From contig NC_043015.1 in the NCBI RefSeq assembly GCF_006345805.1, positions 42,966,001-43,030,000 on the forward strand: 64,000 nucleotides of DNA, read 5' to 3'. The notes below the pieces were generated by a model that made no database searches, had not been told where the DNA came from, and worked only from the letters and a program-made list of their open reading frames with translations. This document shows, piece by piece, positions 61,851 through 64,000 of this stretch. Position 1 is the first letter of the stretch. Each line of letters starts with the position of its first letter. The stretch is from Octopus sinensis. Its lineage: Eukaryota. Position numbers and translations under genes: made by a program.

Positions 61851-64000
61851 GACGCTAATAGGTGTGTGTGTGTGTCTCTGTGTTTGTCCACCCCATCACT
61901 ACCTGATGGCCGATGTTGGTGTGTTTACATCCACATAACGGTTCAGCAAAAGAGGCCAATGGAATTAGTACAAGGCTTTAAAAAAACAAAGTTCTGGGGT
62001 CGATTTGTTCAACTAAAACCGATGCTCCAGCATGGCCACAGCCAAATGATTGAAACAAGTAAAAAAATAAAAGAATATATATATATGTCTCTGCCACTCC
62101 CTCCCTGCTTGTCAACCAGTGTTGGTTCGGTTGTGTTCCCATGATAATGTTTTGGTTGGTGGGTTAACTGCGTATAAGTGCTGCTGCCTCGTTAGGTCAT
62201 TGCACTGCTGGTTACTGTGAATATGAATCTCATTTATTTGCGCAAAGATTGAATTAAAGAGACACTTAAAATAAGTGTGAGTGTGCATGTGTGTGTGTGT
62301 GTGTGTCTGTGTGTGAGGGTAAGAGAGAGAGAGAGGGAAAGAGAGAGAGAGGGTCAAGAGAGAAAGTGCGAGACTATAAGAAAGCCAGACAGCAAGAAAG
62401 ATAATGCAGCGATATAGCTGAGGGACATCTATGAGAGACAAAGAGTGTGGTGGTGGTGGTGGTGGTGGTTGTTGGTGGTGGTAGGGGATGGGGGGAAAGA
62501 AAAGAGAGGGGGGAAGAGAACGGAGAGAAAGCTTATTGAGAAGAACAAAAGAGAAAAAAAAAAAAAAAAAAAATAATTGTTTGGAGCCAAAAGATTTGGC
62601 CGTGAGGAATTATTCTGAGTACAGAAGTTGATGCAAACAAGCATTATGCAGCTCAATGAACTTTGCAATAGTTAGGAATATTATTAGAGGGAGGTGGTGG
62701 GGGGGGGGAGAGAATATGCATTTATTATAAACTGCTTTTTTAAGCAACAAGCAGTTTCTGGTTTGCTGCGTCTGTGGGGCCCCATAGAAATAATCTCACT
62801 AAAATTAAAAAAAAAAAAAAAATTTTTTTTAAACGAAACGGAAATAAAACAATATGGAGTGATCAGAAGAAGGGTGTTGTGTTGTCAGTAATCTTCTCCA
62901 GGATTAATTATACCACGAGTTGGAAGGGAGTAAAAATGATTTCAGAGTAGTGACCTGGTGTCAGAGGGGACCCCCTGTTAAAAAAGAAAAAAAAAAATTG
63001 AAGGACCAAAGTAGTGATGTTGAACCAGATGATAGATGAAGTCCAACATCACAGAGAAAGAATGGTTCCTCTGACAAGGTGAACTAAAAAGAATTAATAG
63101 GTTAATTCTCTTCTTCTTTTACTCATTTCAGTTATTTGACTGTGGCCATGCTGGAGGACCACCTTAAAGGATTTTTTAGTTGAAGAAATCGCCCCCACAA
63201 CTTATTCTTTGTAAGCCTGATACTTATTCCATTGGTCTCTTCTGCTAAACCACTAAGTTACAAGGACGTAAACACATCAACACCCGTTGTCAAGCAACAG
63301 TGAGGGGACAAACTCAGATACAAAGGTGCACTTAACCTCATAAGCAGCATACAATTCTTGTGGGTAAAAACAAAGTTCCAAAAATGGATACAGGAACTAC
63401 CAAAGCCTTGTGAGTGAATTTGGTAGACAGAAACTGAAAGAAGCCTGTCGTATATATGTCTATATATATATATATATGTATGTGTGTGTATATGTTTGTG
63501 TGTCTGTGTTTGTCCCCACCCCCAACATCGCTTGACAACCGACGGAGTTGTGTTTATGTCTCCGTAACTTAGTGGTTCAACAAAAATGACCAATAAGTAC
63601 TAGGCTTCCAAAGAATAAGTCCTGGGGTCGATTTTCTTGACTGAAGGCTCCAGCATGGCCACAGTCAAATGACTGAAACAAGTTAAAGAGTAAAAGAGTA
63701 GTTTTTCTATCTGGAACTCAATCTGGTATTATGTACACAAAGAGAAGTAAGATATCTAATGGTTGTTGGCGATCGCAACTGTTGAAACATGGTGTAGGTG
63801 TAAGTATTAAAAGTGTTTCCATCTCTGAAGAGGAGATTAATGACTCTCTGAAATATAACCATCACAGCTGTTAGCACATCTACAAATAACTCGTTATAGA
63901 CATGAAAATTCTTATCTTCAATCACTTTGACACATGACTCCAACGGTCTCCCACCCACAACCCACCGCCACCTCCTTCAAAGAGTGAAAGAATGGAAAAT

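Noticed and set aside
63825-63857. CTGAAGA-GGAGA...TCTCT-GAAA-TATA hammerhead-like core
   Set aside because: No stem I pairing found (only 1 bp). Kept out pending a family consensus.
63707-63958. 83-aa non-repetitive minus-strand ORF
   Set aside because: No recognisable family or clear splice signals; it lies at the window edge and cannot be supported.

Overview
AT-rich, repeat-saturated animal genomic DNA. The SINE families, RTE 3' ends with (GAT)n tails and the very high microsatellite density point to a coleoid cephalopod, most likely Octopus (inference, not a database result). No intact host protein-coding gene is recognisable. Nearly all ORFs in the track are translations of (TA/CA/TG/GA/ATT/GAT/GGT)n arrays or SINEs. 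The window holds at least four tRNA-derived SINE families, some with clear TSDs and some as head-to-tail multimers. It also holds 5'-truncated LINE relics (RTE/BovB-like, a second RTE family, CR1, R4/Dong-like), MITEs with hAT-, Tc1/mariner- and piggyBac-type ends, two Helentron-associated (DINE-1/HINE-like) elements, a decayed hAT transposase fragment, several minisatellites and a 100-N gap. The main result is a set of type I hammerhead-ribozyme motifs. The best lies at 37996-38040 (-) inside a 378-bp element with a perfect 10-bp TSD, short terminal direct repeats (352-bp unit) and a possible loop II/stem I pseudoknot, which fits a non-LTR retrozyme or Penelope pLTR. An inverted pair sits at 40314-40454, and further Penelope-type motifs at 21226, 23231, 41543 and 55855.
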